The notes below the pieces were generated by a model. That model saw only the letters and a list, made by a program, of their open reading frames with translations, was not told the origin of the DNA and did no database searches. Both the position numbers and the translations under genes were made by a program. From positions 487,626-519,625 of the forward strand of contig CAXXXZ010000003.1 of assembly GCA_963675725.2 (NCBI GenBank): DNA of 32,000 nt. The letters are read 5' to 3'. The stretch comes from Desulfobacterales bacterium. GTDB lineage: Bacteria > Desulfobacterota > Desulfobacteria > Desulfobacterales > JAFDDL01. Positions 8,537 to 17,650 of the stretch are shown here, piece by piece (positions within the stretch are counted from its first letter, which is position 1; every line of letters starts with the position of its first letter).

Positions 8537-9946
8537 CTACCAGCCCCAAGTCAAATAATCATGAATGGAATTAGCAGCACTTCGGCCAGCACCCATGGCC
8601 AGAATAACGGTGGCAGCACCGGTTACAATGTCGCCGCCAGCCCATACGCCTCTTTTACTGGTTTTTCCGGTTAGGGGATCAGCTTCAATGTATCCCCATT
8701 TGTTCAACGCCATATCCTCTGTTGAACTGGTCAACAATGGGTTGGCACCCGATCCAACGGCTACAACCACCAGGTCGCAGTCCATCTTGAACTCAGAGCC
8801 TTTCACCGCCACCGGGCGACGCCGACCGGAATCATCCGGTTCACCAAGTTCCATTTTCAGACATTCCATACCGGTGAGCCGACCCTGCTCATTCCCGAGA
8901 TATTTGGTTGGAGTCGTTAACAGAAAAAATTCGATCCCCTCTTCTTCAGCATGATGAATTTCAGCTCCTCTGGCCGGCATCTCATCTCTGGACCGGCGAT
9001 ACACAATACGAACCCGGTCCGCACCCAACCGCATGGCGGTCCGCGCTGAATCCATCGCCACGTTACCCGCACCAAGCACTACCACATCTTTTGCTCTCGG
9101 AATCGGCGTGTCGTATTCCGGGAACCGGTATGCCTTCATCAGATTGGCCCGTGTGAGGTATTCATTGGCAGAAAGAATCCCCACCAGGTTCTCACCAGGG
9201 ATATTCATAAACCGCGGAAGACCGGCCCCGACACCTACATAAATGGCCTCATAGCCTTCCTCGAAAAGCTCATCCAAAGAAACGGTGCTCCCGACAACGG
9301 CATTACACTGAACATCAACGCCGAGCCTCTCGAGGAAATTCACCTCCTGGGCAACGATGTCTTTGGGCAGCCGAAACTCCGGGATGCCGTAGACCAGCAC
9401 ACCACCAGCCTTATGAAAGGCCTCAAAAACGGTCACGGAATGCCCTTTGGCAATCAGGTCACCGGCCACAGTAAGCCCTGAAGGCCCGGACCCCACCACC
9501 GCAACCTTCTTTCCAGTGGGCGCTGCCTTGGGCGGCAGTTCACCGGTTCCGTTGGTCCGCTCCCAATCGGCCGCAAAACGTTCCAGGTTGCCGATCGCCA
9601 CAGGGGCGTCCTTCTTGCCGACAATACACCGTCCCTCGCACTGGCTCTCCTGGGGGCAGACTCGTCCGCATACTGCGGGCAAGCTGTTCTGGGTCCACAA
9701 TTTTCGAATTGCAGCGGTAAAATCACCCTCCGCAATCAATTTAATAAACCCGGGAATATCAATACCAACGGGGCATCCTTCAACGCAGGCCGGTTTTTTA
9801 CACTGTAAACAGCGCGTTGCTTCCAGCTTTGCTTGCTCAGGTGAGTATCCCAGAGGCACTTCCTCGAAATTTCGCCGTCTGACCTCTGCCGGTTGCTCCG
9901 GCATGGCCTGTCGTGATATTTTTTCTTTTTTTGGTTTCTCTGCCAT
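8537..9946 (-). CDS. nfnB: GltD-like NADPH-dependent oxidoreductase, large subunit of an NfnAB/SudAB-type complex
   Basis: 469 aa. N-terminal Cys clusters (CLQCKKPACVEGCP ... CGRVCPQESQCEGRC), then two dinucleotide folds (VAVVGSGPSGL, VVVLGAGNVAMD). This matches homotetrameric glutamate synthase small-chain-like proteins. Confidence 0.85.
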   Translation of the reverse strand: MAEKPKKEKISRQAMPEQPAEVRRRNFEEVPLGYSPEQAKLEATRCLQCKKPACVEGCPVGIDIPGFIKLIAEGDFTAAIRKLWTQNSLPAVCGRVCPQESQCEGRCIVGKKDAPVAIGNLERFAADWERTNGTGELPPKAAPTGKKVAVVGSGPSGLTVAGDLIAKGHSVTVFEAFHKAGGVLVYGIPEFRLPKDIVAQEVNFLERLGVDVQCNAVVGSTVSLDELFEEGYEAIYVGVGAGLPRFMNIPGENLVGILSANEYLTRANLMKAYRFPEYDTPIPRAKDVVVLGAGNVAMDSARTAMRLGADRVRIVYRRSRDEMPARGAEIHHAEEEGIEFFLLTTPTKYLGNEQGRLTGMECLKMELGEPDDSGRRRPVAVKGSEFKMDCDLVVVAVGSGANPLLTSSTEDMALNKWGYIEADPLTGKTSKRGVWAGGDIVTGAATVILAMGAGRSAANSIHDYLTWGW

Positions 9947-10053
9947 ATGAACCCTCCATAGAACAAATCCAATATGTGGTTGGTTTCAGTTCTTCAATAA
10001 TCGTTGTTTAGTAAATCGGTTGCACCGCATCGGGCGTCATTGCCCGATATCGC

Positions 10054-10887
10054 CTACGCCTCTTTTAATCGGCAGTAGTCTTCATGACACTTCTTTTCCT
10101 CTTCACAATAGGCTTGAAGACGAAGCATCAGCTCATCGAAATCAACCGCATGACCGTCAAATTCCGGGCCGTCAACACATGCAAACTTTGTTTCACCGCC
10201 AACCGAAACACGACAGCCACCACACATACCGGTGCCATCCACCATGATCGGGTTCAAACTGACCAGAGTTTTAACGCCGTACTCTTTTGTCATTTTGCAT
10301 ACAAACTTCATCATCGGTACCGGCCCGATCGCCACGACCATCTGCACGTCTTTGGCGTCCAGCTTCTGTTTCAGCACATCGGTCACAAATCCGTGATGGC
10401 CATACGAACCATCATCCGTACAGACATTCAATTCATTGGAAGCGGCTTTCATCTGATCTTCCATGATCAGCAGGCTTTTGGTGCGGGCACCGATAATAGC
10501 CGTTACATCGTTACCAATCTCTTTAAGGCCCCGGGTAATCGGATGCAAAACAGCGATTCCGGTCCCCCCCCCCACGCAAACCACTTTGCCCAATTTTTCC
10601 AAATGGGTAGGCTTTCCAAGGGGGCCAATCACATCCTGATATGCATCTCCCTCTTTCAAATCTCTGAAGACACTGGTCCCCTTACCGACGACTGCATAAA
10701 TAATCGTAACGGTCCCCTTTTCAGGATTTGAATCAGCCATGGTCAGCGGAATTCGCTCACCGGCTTCATTGGCCTTCAAAATGAGAAACTGGCCAGGCTT
10801 GGCTTTTTTCGCAATGAGGGGCGCCTCAATTTCGTTCAGAATGACACCCCCATCGGACATTTCTTCTCGTTTAACAATTTTAAACAT
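10054..10887 (-). CDS. nfnA: Ferredoxin-NADP reductase-like FAD/NAD-binding [2Fe-2S] protein, small subunit of an NfnAB/SudAB-type complex
   Basis: MFKIVKREEM ... RIPLTMADS ... VCVGGGTGIAV ... C-terminal CGGCRV...C cluster. I place the start at the ATG at 10887 because a GGAGG lies 8 nt upstream; the longer ORF start at 10908 contains that SD. Confidence 0.85.
   Translation of the reverse strand: MFKIVKREEMSDGGVILNEIEAPLIAKKAKPGQFLILKANEAGERIPLTMADSNPEKGTVTIIYAVVGKGTSVFRDLKEGDAYQDVIGPLGKPTHLEKLGKVVCVGGGTGIAVLHPITRGLKEIGNDVTAIIGARTKSLLIMEDQMKAASNELNVCTDDGSYGHHGFVTDVLKQKLDAKDVQMVVAIGPVPMMKFVCKMTKEYGVKTLVSLNPIMVDGTGMCGGCRVSVGGETKFACVDGPEFDGHAVDFDELMLRLQAYCEEEKKCHEDYCRLKEA
10564..10573 (-). repeat. 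G10 (C10 on the plus strand) homopolymer inside nfnA, in frame
   Basis: The minus strand reads GTG GGG GGG GGG ACC, encoding V-G-G-G-T of the dinucleotide-binding loop VCVGGGTGIAV. Confidence 0.9.
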
Positions 10888-11051
10888 TATTATACCTCCA
10901 GGCGACAAGCTATTAAAAAAATGGGGTCAAACAATTCTTGATTTCAAAAGTTGAGTTATATACCCTGTTTTTCTGGTGATTTCAATATTAAAATATTACC
11001 CGCTGGCCTGGCGGTGGTCCTCCCGGCCGCGGTCGACTCCGGACATTGGAC

Positions 11052-11837
11052 ATGAAAATAGTTGATAGCCATTGCCACTTGGATGGCAGCGCATTCGCAA
11101 AAGACAGAAGCACCGTTATTGATAGATTTAAGAACGTTGGCGGCCAGGCGATGGTGATCGCCGGAATCGACGAAAAAAGTTCCCGTGCAGCGGTAACACT
11201 GGCGGGAAAAAACGAACGGGTATATGCCTCGGTAGGAATTCATCCCCATGATGCCACCACATGCAATCCCGACGTATTGTCAAAACTCCAACAACTGGCC
11301 CAGCACCAAAAGGTCGTCGCATGGGGGGAAATCGGTCTTGATTTCAACCGCATGTATTCCCCCCGCAATGTCCAGGAGCAGGCGTTTGTGGCGCAACTTG
11401 CCCTGGCCGATTCGCTCGGTTTGCCGATTATCTTTCATGAACGAGAGACGGGCGGCCGGTTTCTGGCCATGCTCAACGCCCATCCAAATCCTGGTAGAAG
11501 CGGGGTGGTTCACTGTTTCAGCGGAAACAGGAACGAACTTGAACACTATCTGGCCCTTGGGTTCTATATCGGCATCACCGGAATTATCACCCTTAAACAG
11601 CGGGGAAAAAATCTTCGGGAGCTGGTGACCGCAATTCCCTCAGACCGTCTGTTGGTGGAAACGGACGCCCCCTATTTGACCCCCGCACCGGAAAAAAACC
11701 GAACCCGCCGGAATGAACCCGCCTTTGTCCGCTCGGTATTGATGAAGGTTGCCGAGGTCCGGCAGGAAGATCCGGAAACATTTTCCGAAATCGTTTGGCA
11801 AAATACATGCCACCTGTTTCAATTACCAGTGTCATAA
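11052..11837 (+). CDS. tatD: TatD family metal-dependent hydrolase
   Basis: MKIVDSHCHLD ... GIHPH ... GEIGLDF ... IFHERE ... VVHCFSG ... ETDAPYL are the classic TatD motifs. The ATG at 11052 is preferred over the TTG at 11046. Confidence 0.85.
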   Translation: MKIVDSHCHLDGSAFAKDRSTVIDRFKNVGGQAMVIAGIDEKSSRAAVTLAGKNERVYASVGIHPHDATTCNPDVLSKLQQLAQHQKVVAWGEIGLDFNRMYSPRNVQEQAFVAQLALADSLGLPIIFHERETGGRFLAMLNAHPNPGRSGVVHCFSGNRNELEHYLALGFYIGITGIITLKQRGKNLRELVTAIPSDRLLVETDAPYLTPAPEKNRTRRNEPAFVRSVLMKVAEVRQEDPETFSEIVWQNTCHLFQLPVS

Positions 11838-11857
11838 TGGCCAATGACAAACTATGT

Positions 11858-11885
11858 TTGACATTTCCCTGTTTGTCTTTATAAT
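11858..11885 (+). promoter_or_regulatory. Near-consensus sigma70-type promoter for the methyltransferase/rSAM/ubiAXD operon
   Basis: TTGACA (11858-11863), a 16-nt spacer, then TATAAT (11880-11885). It lies about 75 nt upstream of the ATG at 11960 in the tatD-methyltransferase intergenic region. Confidence 0.55.
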
Positions 11886-11959
11886 TTTTGACACTGCTTT
11901 GTTATTAAGGCAGCAACTCCAGGGCATTATCTTTTGGCCCGCGATAAAGATGTCGTGCT

Positions 11960-12706
11960 ATGGGATATGTTTATGATTTTAATGCCGCGCGCGCATATGA
12001 TGCGTGGTGCCGCCAGCCGGAGAACCACACGGCCATAGACCGTGAAATGGCGCTCATGGTTGATCTGCTGGCGCCCATGCGCGGCAGAACAGTGCTGGAT
12101 ATCGGTTGCGGAACCGGCATTGGCTTACAAACACTTCTCAACACCGGCCTTTCGGTCACGGGTCTTGACCCCTCTGCCTATATGCTGGATATCACCCAGC
12201 ACACAATCGGCAACAGGGCCGATCTTCATCGGGGGGTTGCCGAATCCCTTCCCTTCGAAGACAACTCATTCCACTACGCATGTTTTATCAAAACACTCGA
12301 ATTTGTAGATGATTTTGAAATTGCCCTCAGGGAGGCGTGCCGGGTGACCAAAGATCGCCTCTTTATCGGCATTATGAACCGTTACGCGATATCAAGCCCT
12401 GCAACCTGGCCAAAAACCAAAATCATGCCACCCTATTTTGAAAACGCCCATTTTTTCAGCCTGTGGGAAATAAAAAAAGTGTTACGAGAACTTTTGGGGG
12501 ACGTACCGATTGCATGGCAGGCCCTGTGGTCCTTCCCCCCGTCATCGTTTAAATTCAAGGAAAAACTGGCTGGTTCCGCCTGGTTGAAGCAGGTGCCGTT
12601 TGGTATGTATATCGGCATTGTGGCAACACTCTGTCCCCGTTTCAAAACCCGACCCCTGGCCATGACCTGCACTGCCAAACATGGTACCGGTGCCTTGCTG
12701 GGATAG
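11960..12706 (+). CDS. Class I SAM-dependent methyltransferase (type 11 fold)
   Basis: 248 aa with SAM motif I VLDIGCGTGIG, then LDPSAYML and a post-I acidic region. Substrate is unknown. Confidence 0.7.
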   Translation: MGYVYDFNAARAYDAWCRQPENHTAIDREMALMVDLLAPMRGRTVLDIGCGTGIGLQTLLNTGLSVTGLDPSAYMLDITQHTIGNRADLHRGVAESLPFEDNSFHYACFIKTLEFVDDFEIALREACRVTKDRLFIGIMNRYAISSPATWPKTKIMPPYFENAHFFSLWEIKKVLRELLGDVPIAWQALWSFPPSSFKFKEKLAGSAWLKQVPFGMYIGIVATLCPRFKTRPLAMTCTAKHGTGALLG

Positions 12707-12748
12707 ACGATATCTTTCCCCGCGCATTCATTAAACAAAGGAACTGCC

Positions 12749-13771
12749 ATGGAAGCTTATCTTTATGAAACGTTGGACGACCAGAAGGTGCGATGCGCTC
12801 TCTGCCATCATCGTTGCACGATTAAAAATGGCAGTCGAGGTATCTGCCAGGTCAGAGAAAACGTAGATGGCCAGCTTCGCACCTTGGTTTTCGGAAAACT
12901 CATCGCCCGCCATGTGGATCCAATTGAAAAAAAGCCGCTGTTTCATCTCTACCCCGGCAGCCTGTCCTATTCCGTTGCCACGGTGGGATGCAACTTCAAA
13001 TGCCTTTTTTGCCAGAACGCCGATATTGCCCAGATGCCTGAAGATCGCGACGGATTGGTAATGGGGTCAGCTACAACCCCCGAGGCGGTGATCCGAAATG
13101 CCCTCGCCCACGATTGTAAAAGTATCGCCTATACTTACACCGAACCCACTGTATATTTTGAATTTGCCTTTGAAACTGCACGCCTGGCACGGCAACACGG
13201 GCTTTGCAATGTATTGGTCACCAACGGATACATGACCCCGGAAGCGCTTGAAAAAATCGGCCCATACCTGGACGGGGCCAATGTAGATCTAAAGGCTTAT
13301 TCAAATGATTTTTACAAAAAATATTGCGGCGCCAGGTTGGAACCTGTCAAGGAAACGCTCATCGGGATGCGAAAGAAAGGAATTCTCGTCGAAGTCACCA
13401 CATTGCTAATCCCTGACCTTAATACCAGCGAAAACGAACTGACGGCCCTGGCACACTTTCTATTCGAATCGTTGGGGCCGGACACCCCCTGGCACATCAG
13501 CCGTTTCCACCCCACTTACAAACTCACGGACCGCCCCCCCACCCCCGTATCCAGCCTGGTGGCTGCCCGGCAGATCGGACAGGATGCCGGCTTGAAATAT
13601 GTTTATACCGGCAACATCCCCGGCCATCCCGGCGAGCATACCCTATGCCACCAATGTGGCGAAGTATTGATTGACAGATGGGGGTTTACAGTGCAAAAGA
13701 ATCAGATTCAACAGGGCCGCTGCCCCTTTTGCCACACGCCGGTGGCAGGTGTCGGCATGGACGGGGCATAG
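12749..13771 (+). CDS. AmmeMemoRadiSam-system-type radical SAM enzyme (PflA-like activase fold)
   Basis: 340 aa. N-terminal Cys-rich region VRCALCHHRCTIKNGSRGICQVREN, the radical SAM CX3CX2C motif GCNFKCLFCQN, and a C-terminal CHQCG...CPFCH zinc-ribbon-like pair. AAGGAA lies upstream of the ATG. Confidence 0.75.
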   Translation: MEAYLYETLDDQKVRCALCHHRCTIKNGSRGICQVRENVDGQLRTLVFGKLIARHVDPIEKKPLFHLYPGSLSYSVATVGCNFKCLFCQNADIAQMPEDRDGLVMGSATTPEAVIRNALAHDCKSIAYTYTEPTVYFEFAFETARLARQHGLCNVLVTNGYMTPEALEKIGPYLDGANVDLKAYSNDFYKKYCGARLEPVKETLIGMRKKGILVEVTTLLIPDLNTSENELTALAHFLFESLGPDTPWHISRFHPTYKLTDRPPTPVSSLVAARQIGQDAGLKYVYTGNIPGHPGEHTLCHQCGEVLIDRWGFTVQKNQIQQGRCPFCHTPVAGVGMDGA

Positions 13772-13794
13772 GGGCCGGCATATTGAGACAACAT

Positions 13795-14706
13795 ATGAAA
13801 TATCACACTCATATTTTTAGATCCAAACAGGGGGACGGCCCCTGGGGTCGGGTAGCCACCTTTGCCAGAATGATAAAATTCTCACATACGGTGTTTGCCC
13901 TTCCCTTTGCCCTGGCGGCCGTCGTGCTCGCTCAGCGACACACCCCCCTTACCCTGTGGCATTTATGGTGGCTTTTGATGGCGATGGTCGGCGCACGGTC
14001 TGCCGCCATGGGGGTTAACCGAATTGTCGATGCAGAAATTGATAAAAGGAACCCACGCACTGCCCAGCGGGAGATTCCCGCCGGCAAACTGAGTCAAAAC
14101 GCCGCTGTATTATTCGTCTGTCTGTTCTCAGGGCTGTTTATTCTGTCCGCTGCCATGTTTGGCAGGCTATGCCTCTATCTGTCTGTACCGGTCTTGATAC
14201 TGCTGTTTTCATACTCTTACACCAAACGGTTCACCGCGTTCTGTCACATTTACCTGGGGTTTACAATTTCGCTGGCTCCCGTCGGCGCATGGATCGCCAT
14301 TACCGGCGGGCTTGATCCGTCTATTCTACTTCTTTCTGGCGCGTTGATGACCTATATTGCCGGGTTTGATGTTCTTTATGCCTGTCAAGACGAAGCCTTT
14401 GACAAAACGGCGGGACTCTCCTCCATGCCGGTCCGGTTCGGCATCCCGAGGGCACTCAAGGTCGCATCATTTCTTCATCTGCTGTCTCTTTCTTTTTTCA
14501 TCTGTATCCACGTTGCGTTCGATATGGGCCCCATCTATCTCGTGACGGTGGGCATCATTGGCGTATTGATGTTCGTCGAACACTGGCTGGTGAAACCGGA
14601 TGATCTAAGTCGCCTTCATATCGCCTTTTTTCACATGAATACCCTGATCTCCATTTCTCTCTTTCTTGGGGTATTACTGGACGAATTGTTAAGGAACCAA
14701 TTATGA
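13795..14706 (+). CDS. UbiA-family aromatic polyprenyltransferase (SCO4491/MqnP-like)
   Basis: The membrane protein starts MKYHTHIF...[17 protein letters not shown] and carries the Asp-rich motifs [15 protein letters not shown] and YACQDEAFD. The longer ORF from 13678 overlaps the rSAM gene and is rejected. The exact start is uncertain. Confidence 0.8.
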   Translation: MKYHTHIFRSKQGDGPWGRVATFARMIKFSHTVFALPFALAAVVLAQRHTPLTLWHLWWLLMAMVGARSAAMGVNRIVDAEIDKRNPRTAQREIPAGKLSQNAAVLFVCLFSGLFILSAAMFGRLCLYLSVPVLILLFSYSYTKRFTAFCHIYLGFTISLAPVGAWIAITGGLDPSILLLSGALMTYIAGFDVLYACQDEAFDKTAGLSSMPVRFGIPRALKVASFLHLLSLSFFICIHVAFDMGPIYLVTVGIIGVLMFVEHWLVKPDDLSRLHIAFFHMNTLISISLFLGVLLDELLRNQL

Positions 14707-15353
14707 CGCCTGATGTGACACCGGGAAACACCTTTTCCCAACGCAACATGGACCTGCCGTTGATCGTTGCGATTACCGGTGCTTCCGGAACTGCCTACGG
14801 CCTTCGGCTCATCAGTGCGGTGCTGTCCCAACCGGTGACAGTGCACCTGATCGTCTCTAAGGCCGGCAACCAAGTTCTCCAGCATGAAAACGGGATTCAC
14901 GGTGAAGACATCCCCCGTTACCTGAAAAAAGAAGGCGTGTTGATCCATCCGGGTGCGGCCCTCAAGGTCTGGTCACCGGAGAATCTGTTTGCACCCCCGG
15001 CCAGTGGCTCATTTCTTCACCAGGGCATGGCCATTGCCCCTTGCTCCATGAAAACACTCGGTGCCATTGCCTCCGGATATGGCGACGATCTTATCCACAG
15101 GGCGGCGGACGTTTGCCTGAAAGAAAAACGGCCACTCGTCCTGCTGGCCCGCGAAATGCCATTGAGTATCATTCAGATTGAAAACATGGCCACCGTCGCG
15201 CGGGCTGGGGCCACCGTCATGCCGGCCTCTCCCGGCTTTTATTTTAAGCCGAAAACGGTTTCCGATCTAGTGGATTCCGTTGTAGCACGCGTGTTAGACC
15301 AATTTCATATGACCCATGCCATGACCAAACGGTGGGGAGAAGACAGTGTTTAA
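14703..15353 (+). CDS. ubiX: Flavin prenyltransferase UbiX family
   Basis: LIVAITGASGTAYGLRLI ... IAPCSMKTLGAIASG ... matches UbiX/Pad1. There is an ATGA overlap with the ubiA-like stop and AAGGAA 7 nt upstream. An alternative start exists at 14748. Confidence 0.85.
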   Translation: MTPDVTPGNTFSQRNMDLPLIVAITGASGTAYGLRLISAVLSQPVTVHLIVSKAGNQVLQHENGIHGEDIPRYLKKEGVLIHPGAALKVWSPENLFAPPASGSFLHQGMAIAPCSMKTLGAIASGYGDDLIHRAADVCLKEKRPLVLLAREMPLSIIQIENMATVARAGATVMPASPGFYFKPKTVSDLVDSVVARVLDQFHMTHAMTKRWGEDSV

Positions 15354-17139
15354 AAATCTAAAGGCATTCCTGGACCAGCTCGACGATGCCGGCGAGCTGT
15401 TACACGTTCATGACGAGGTTTCCACCTATCTGGAAATCAGCAAAATCACCGACAGAGAATCAAAACGCGCGAATGGCGGGAAAGCCCTTTTTTTTGAACG
15501 GGTAAAAAACTCCGCGTTTCCGGTGACCACCAATATTTTTGGCAGTCCGAAGCGAATCTGTATGGCGCTGGGGGTAGACCATCTGGATGAGTTAGGTGAG
15601 CGAATCCGCACCTATCTGGATCTTTCCCCTCCCCAGGGATTCAAGGATGTGCTGGCCATGTTCCCCATGGCCCTGTCGCTCACCCAGTTTTTCCCACGGA
15701 AGTTCAGAGGGAAGATCCCGCCCTGCCAAGAGGTGGTGCATACGGGAAAGGATATTGACCTTGGCAGCATTCCCGTACTGCATTGCTGGCCCCAGGATGC
15801 CGGGCCGTTTGTCACCCTGCCGCTCGTATTCACCCAAAGCCTTGCGACCGGAAAACGGAATGTCGGCATGTACCGGTTGCAGGTGTTTGATAAAAACACC
15901 ACCGGCATGCACTGGCACATTCACAAAGATGGCTCTCATTATTTTAACGAGTACCGCGATGCGGGGAAACGGATGCCGGTATCAGTGGCCATCGGTGCGG
16001 ATCCGGCAACGATTTATGCCGCCACGGCCCCCATGCCACGGGGGGTGGATGAAATGCTCCTGGCGGGATTTATCCGGAAAAAGCCGGTGGTGATGACCGA
16101 GTGCGTCACCAACAACCTGAAAATCCCAGCCGAGGCCGAGTTCATTCTGGAAGGGTATGTGGATCCAGGTGAACTGCGCCGGGAAGGCCCGTTTGGGGAC
16201 CACACCGGCTATTATTCCCTTGCGGATGATTATCCTGTTTTCCACGTCACGGCCATCACCCATCGAAAAAAACCGATCTATAATGCAACCCTGGTTGGCC
16301 GCCCCCCCATGGAAGACTGTTATCTTGCCAAAGCCACGGAAAGACTTTTTCTTCCGATGCTTCAAACCGTAATGCCGGAAATCCGTGACTACTGGTTTCC
16401 CTGGGAAGGCGTATTTCACAACATTGTGGTTGTTTCTCTTGAAAAGGAATTTTCCGGCCACACCCAAAAGCTCATAAGCGGCCTCTGGGGTCAGGGCCAA
16501 ATGAGCTTCTGCAAGGCCATTACCGTGGTTGATAAAGAGATCGCGCCCCATGATGAAAAGGCGCTCGTTGATCTGCTTTGCCACCGGCTCGACATCACCA
16601 CCGACCTGACCATCACCAAGGGTGTTTTGGATGTCCTGGACCACAGTTCTCCCTTTCAAAACTTTGGCACAAAGCTTGGCATAGACCTGACCAGACGCTT
16701 TTCAGGAGAACCCCCACGATCAGCGCCGGAACCACTGCCGCAAGCGCTCCCTGCTGGAGATCTTCTGAAAGAAATTCAGGCCGAACTTCCCTATGTGGCG
16801 ACATGTCGGTACCTTTTTGAAGACCAGGAAAAGAAAGAAAAGGCAAAAAATCGGTTTTTAGCTATTTCCATTGCGAAACCGGAAGCGTTGAGCGGCAAGG
16901 AGATCGGGGATAAGTTGGCGGCCATCCCGGCCCTGGCCCCCTGGAACATCGTCATCGTTTTTGACAAAGAGATTGCACTAACCGATGGGTCCCTCATGCT
17001 CTGGAAGATCTTTAATAATGTGGACCCAGCACGGGACATGGTATTTTACGATCACCGGGCGGTCATCAACGCCTGCAAAAAAGGAGCTGCCGACGGTCAT
17101 GACCGCCCCTGGCCCGATGAGCTGACCTTTAATGAATAA
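15346..17139 (+). CDS. UbiD-family (prFMN-dependent) decarboxylase, long SCO4490/MqnL-like form
   Basis: 597 aa with UbiD family blocks (NIFGS, GMYRLQV, WHIHKDG, GPFGDHTGYY). The GTG start overlaps ubiX by 8 nt and has GGAG upstream. Confidence 0.85.
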   Translation: MFKNLKAFLDQLDDAGELLHVHDEVSTYLEISKITDRESKRANGGKALFFERVKNSAFPVTTNIFGSPKRICMALGVDHLDELGERIRTYLDLSPPQGFKDVLAMFPMALSLTQFFPRKFRGKIPPCQEVVHTGKDIDLGSIPVLHCWPQDAGPFVTLPLVFTQSLATGKRNVGMYRLQVFDKNTTGMHWHIHKDGSHYFNEYRDAGKRMPVSVAIGADPATIYAATAPMPRGVDEMLLAGFIRKKPVVMTECVTNNLKIPAEAEFILEGYVDPGELRREGPFGDHTGYYSLADDYPVFHVTAITHRKKPIYNATLVGRPPMEDCYLAKATERLFLPMLQTVMPEIRDYWFPWEGVFHNIVVVSLEKEFSGHTQKLISGLWGQGQMSFCKAITVVDKEIAPHDEKALVDLLCHRLDITTDLTITKGVLDVLDHSSPFQNFGTKLGIDLTRRFSGEPPRSAPEPLPQALPAGDLLKEIQAELPYVATCRYLFEDQEKKEKAKNRFLAISIAKPEALSGKEIGDKLAAIPALAPWNIVIVFDKEIALTDGSLMLWKIFNNVDPARDMVFYDHRAVINACKKGAADGHDRPWPDELTFNE

Positions 17140-17154
17140 CGTAGACGAATAGGA

Positions 17155-17616
17155 TCAAGATAACGACGCCTTAACCTTCAGTTTCGCCGTGATAAGCTCA
17201 TCGTGGGACAGGCGAAGCAGGTTCTTCAATTTGTTCATCAGGTAATGCTCATGATCGTCCATTTTCCCGTCCACATAGACAATCCGCCACAGGGTCTCGA
17301 CAACGCTGATTTTTTCATCTTTTGAGTAGTTGTTATTAATCAGCTTTGCAAACTGCCAAAGATCCAGGCTATCTTCCAGCTCCTGTTTGGCAGAGAGCAC
17401 CAGTGCATCGGCGTGTTCCCGGGACAGGCCATAGGTCTCTTTCAGCACCGCGATAATTTGCGCCATCTCAGCGTCTGAAAATTCATTATCAATTTGGGCA
17501 ATCTCTACAAACAACGCGCAGGCCGCCATACGAACGTCATGTTCTCCAACCTCGCCCTCACAGACCACGTCTTGATTTGTATGGTTACTAAAAAACCGTT
17601 TCACAATTTCAAGCAT
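17155..17616 (-). CDS. TerB-family (tellurite-resistance-like) protein
   Basis: ACALFVEIAQIDNEFSDAEMAQI ... LWRIVYVDGKMDDHEHYLMNKL are the two TerB-type repeats. I place the start at the second ATG (17616) because of a GGAG about 10 nt upstream; the ORF extends to 17634. Confidence 0.7.
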   Translation of the reverse strand: MLEIVKRFFSNHTNQDVVCEGEVGEHDVRMAACALFVEIAQIDNEFSDAEMAQIIAVLKETYGLSREHADALVLSAKQELEDSLDLWQFAKLINNNYSKDEKISVVETLWRIVYVDGKMDDHEHYLMNKLKNLLRLSHDELITAKLKVKASLS

Positions 17617-17650
17617 TCCTATTTCTCCTATCATGGGATATAGTTACATC

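Noticed and set aside
10956-11249. A 97-aa minus-strand ORF overlapping the tatD start region, and the 131-aa plus-strand ORF at 31587-31982.
   Set aside because: Neither has motifs or a ribosome-binding site. The first overlaps a well-supported gene, and the second overlaps a well-supported gene and the repeat region. The translations are dominated by repeat-derived or low-complexity sequence.
13678-13794. The upstream extension of the UbiA-like ORF (start at 13678), which overlaps the radical SAM gene by 94 nt.
   Set aside because: The extension (MGVYSAKESDSTGPLPLLPHAGGRCRHGRG...) is the out-of-frame shadow of the rSAM C-terminus. UbiA-family homology begins near [15 protein letters not shown], so the start at 13795 was chosen.
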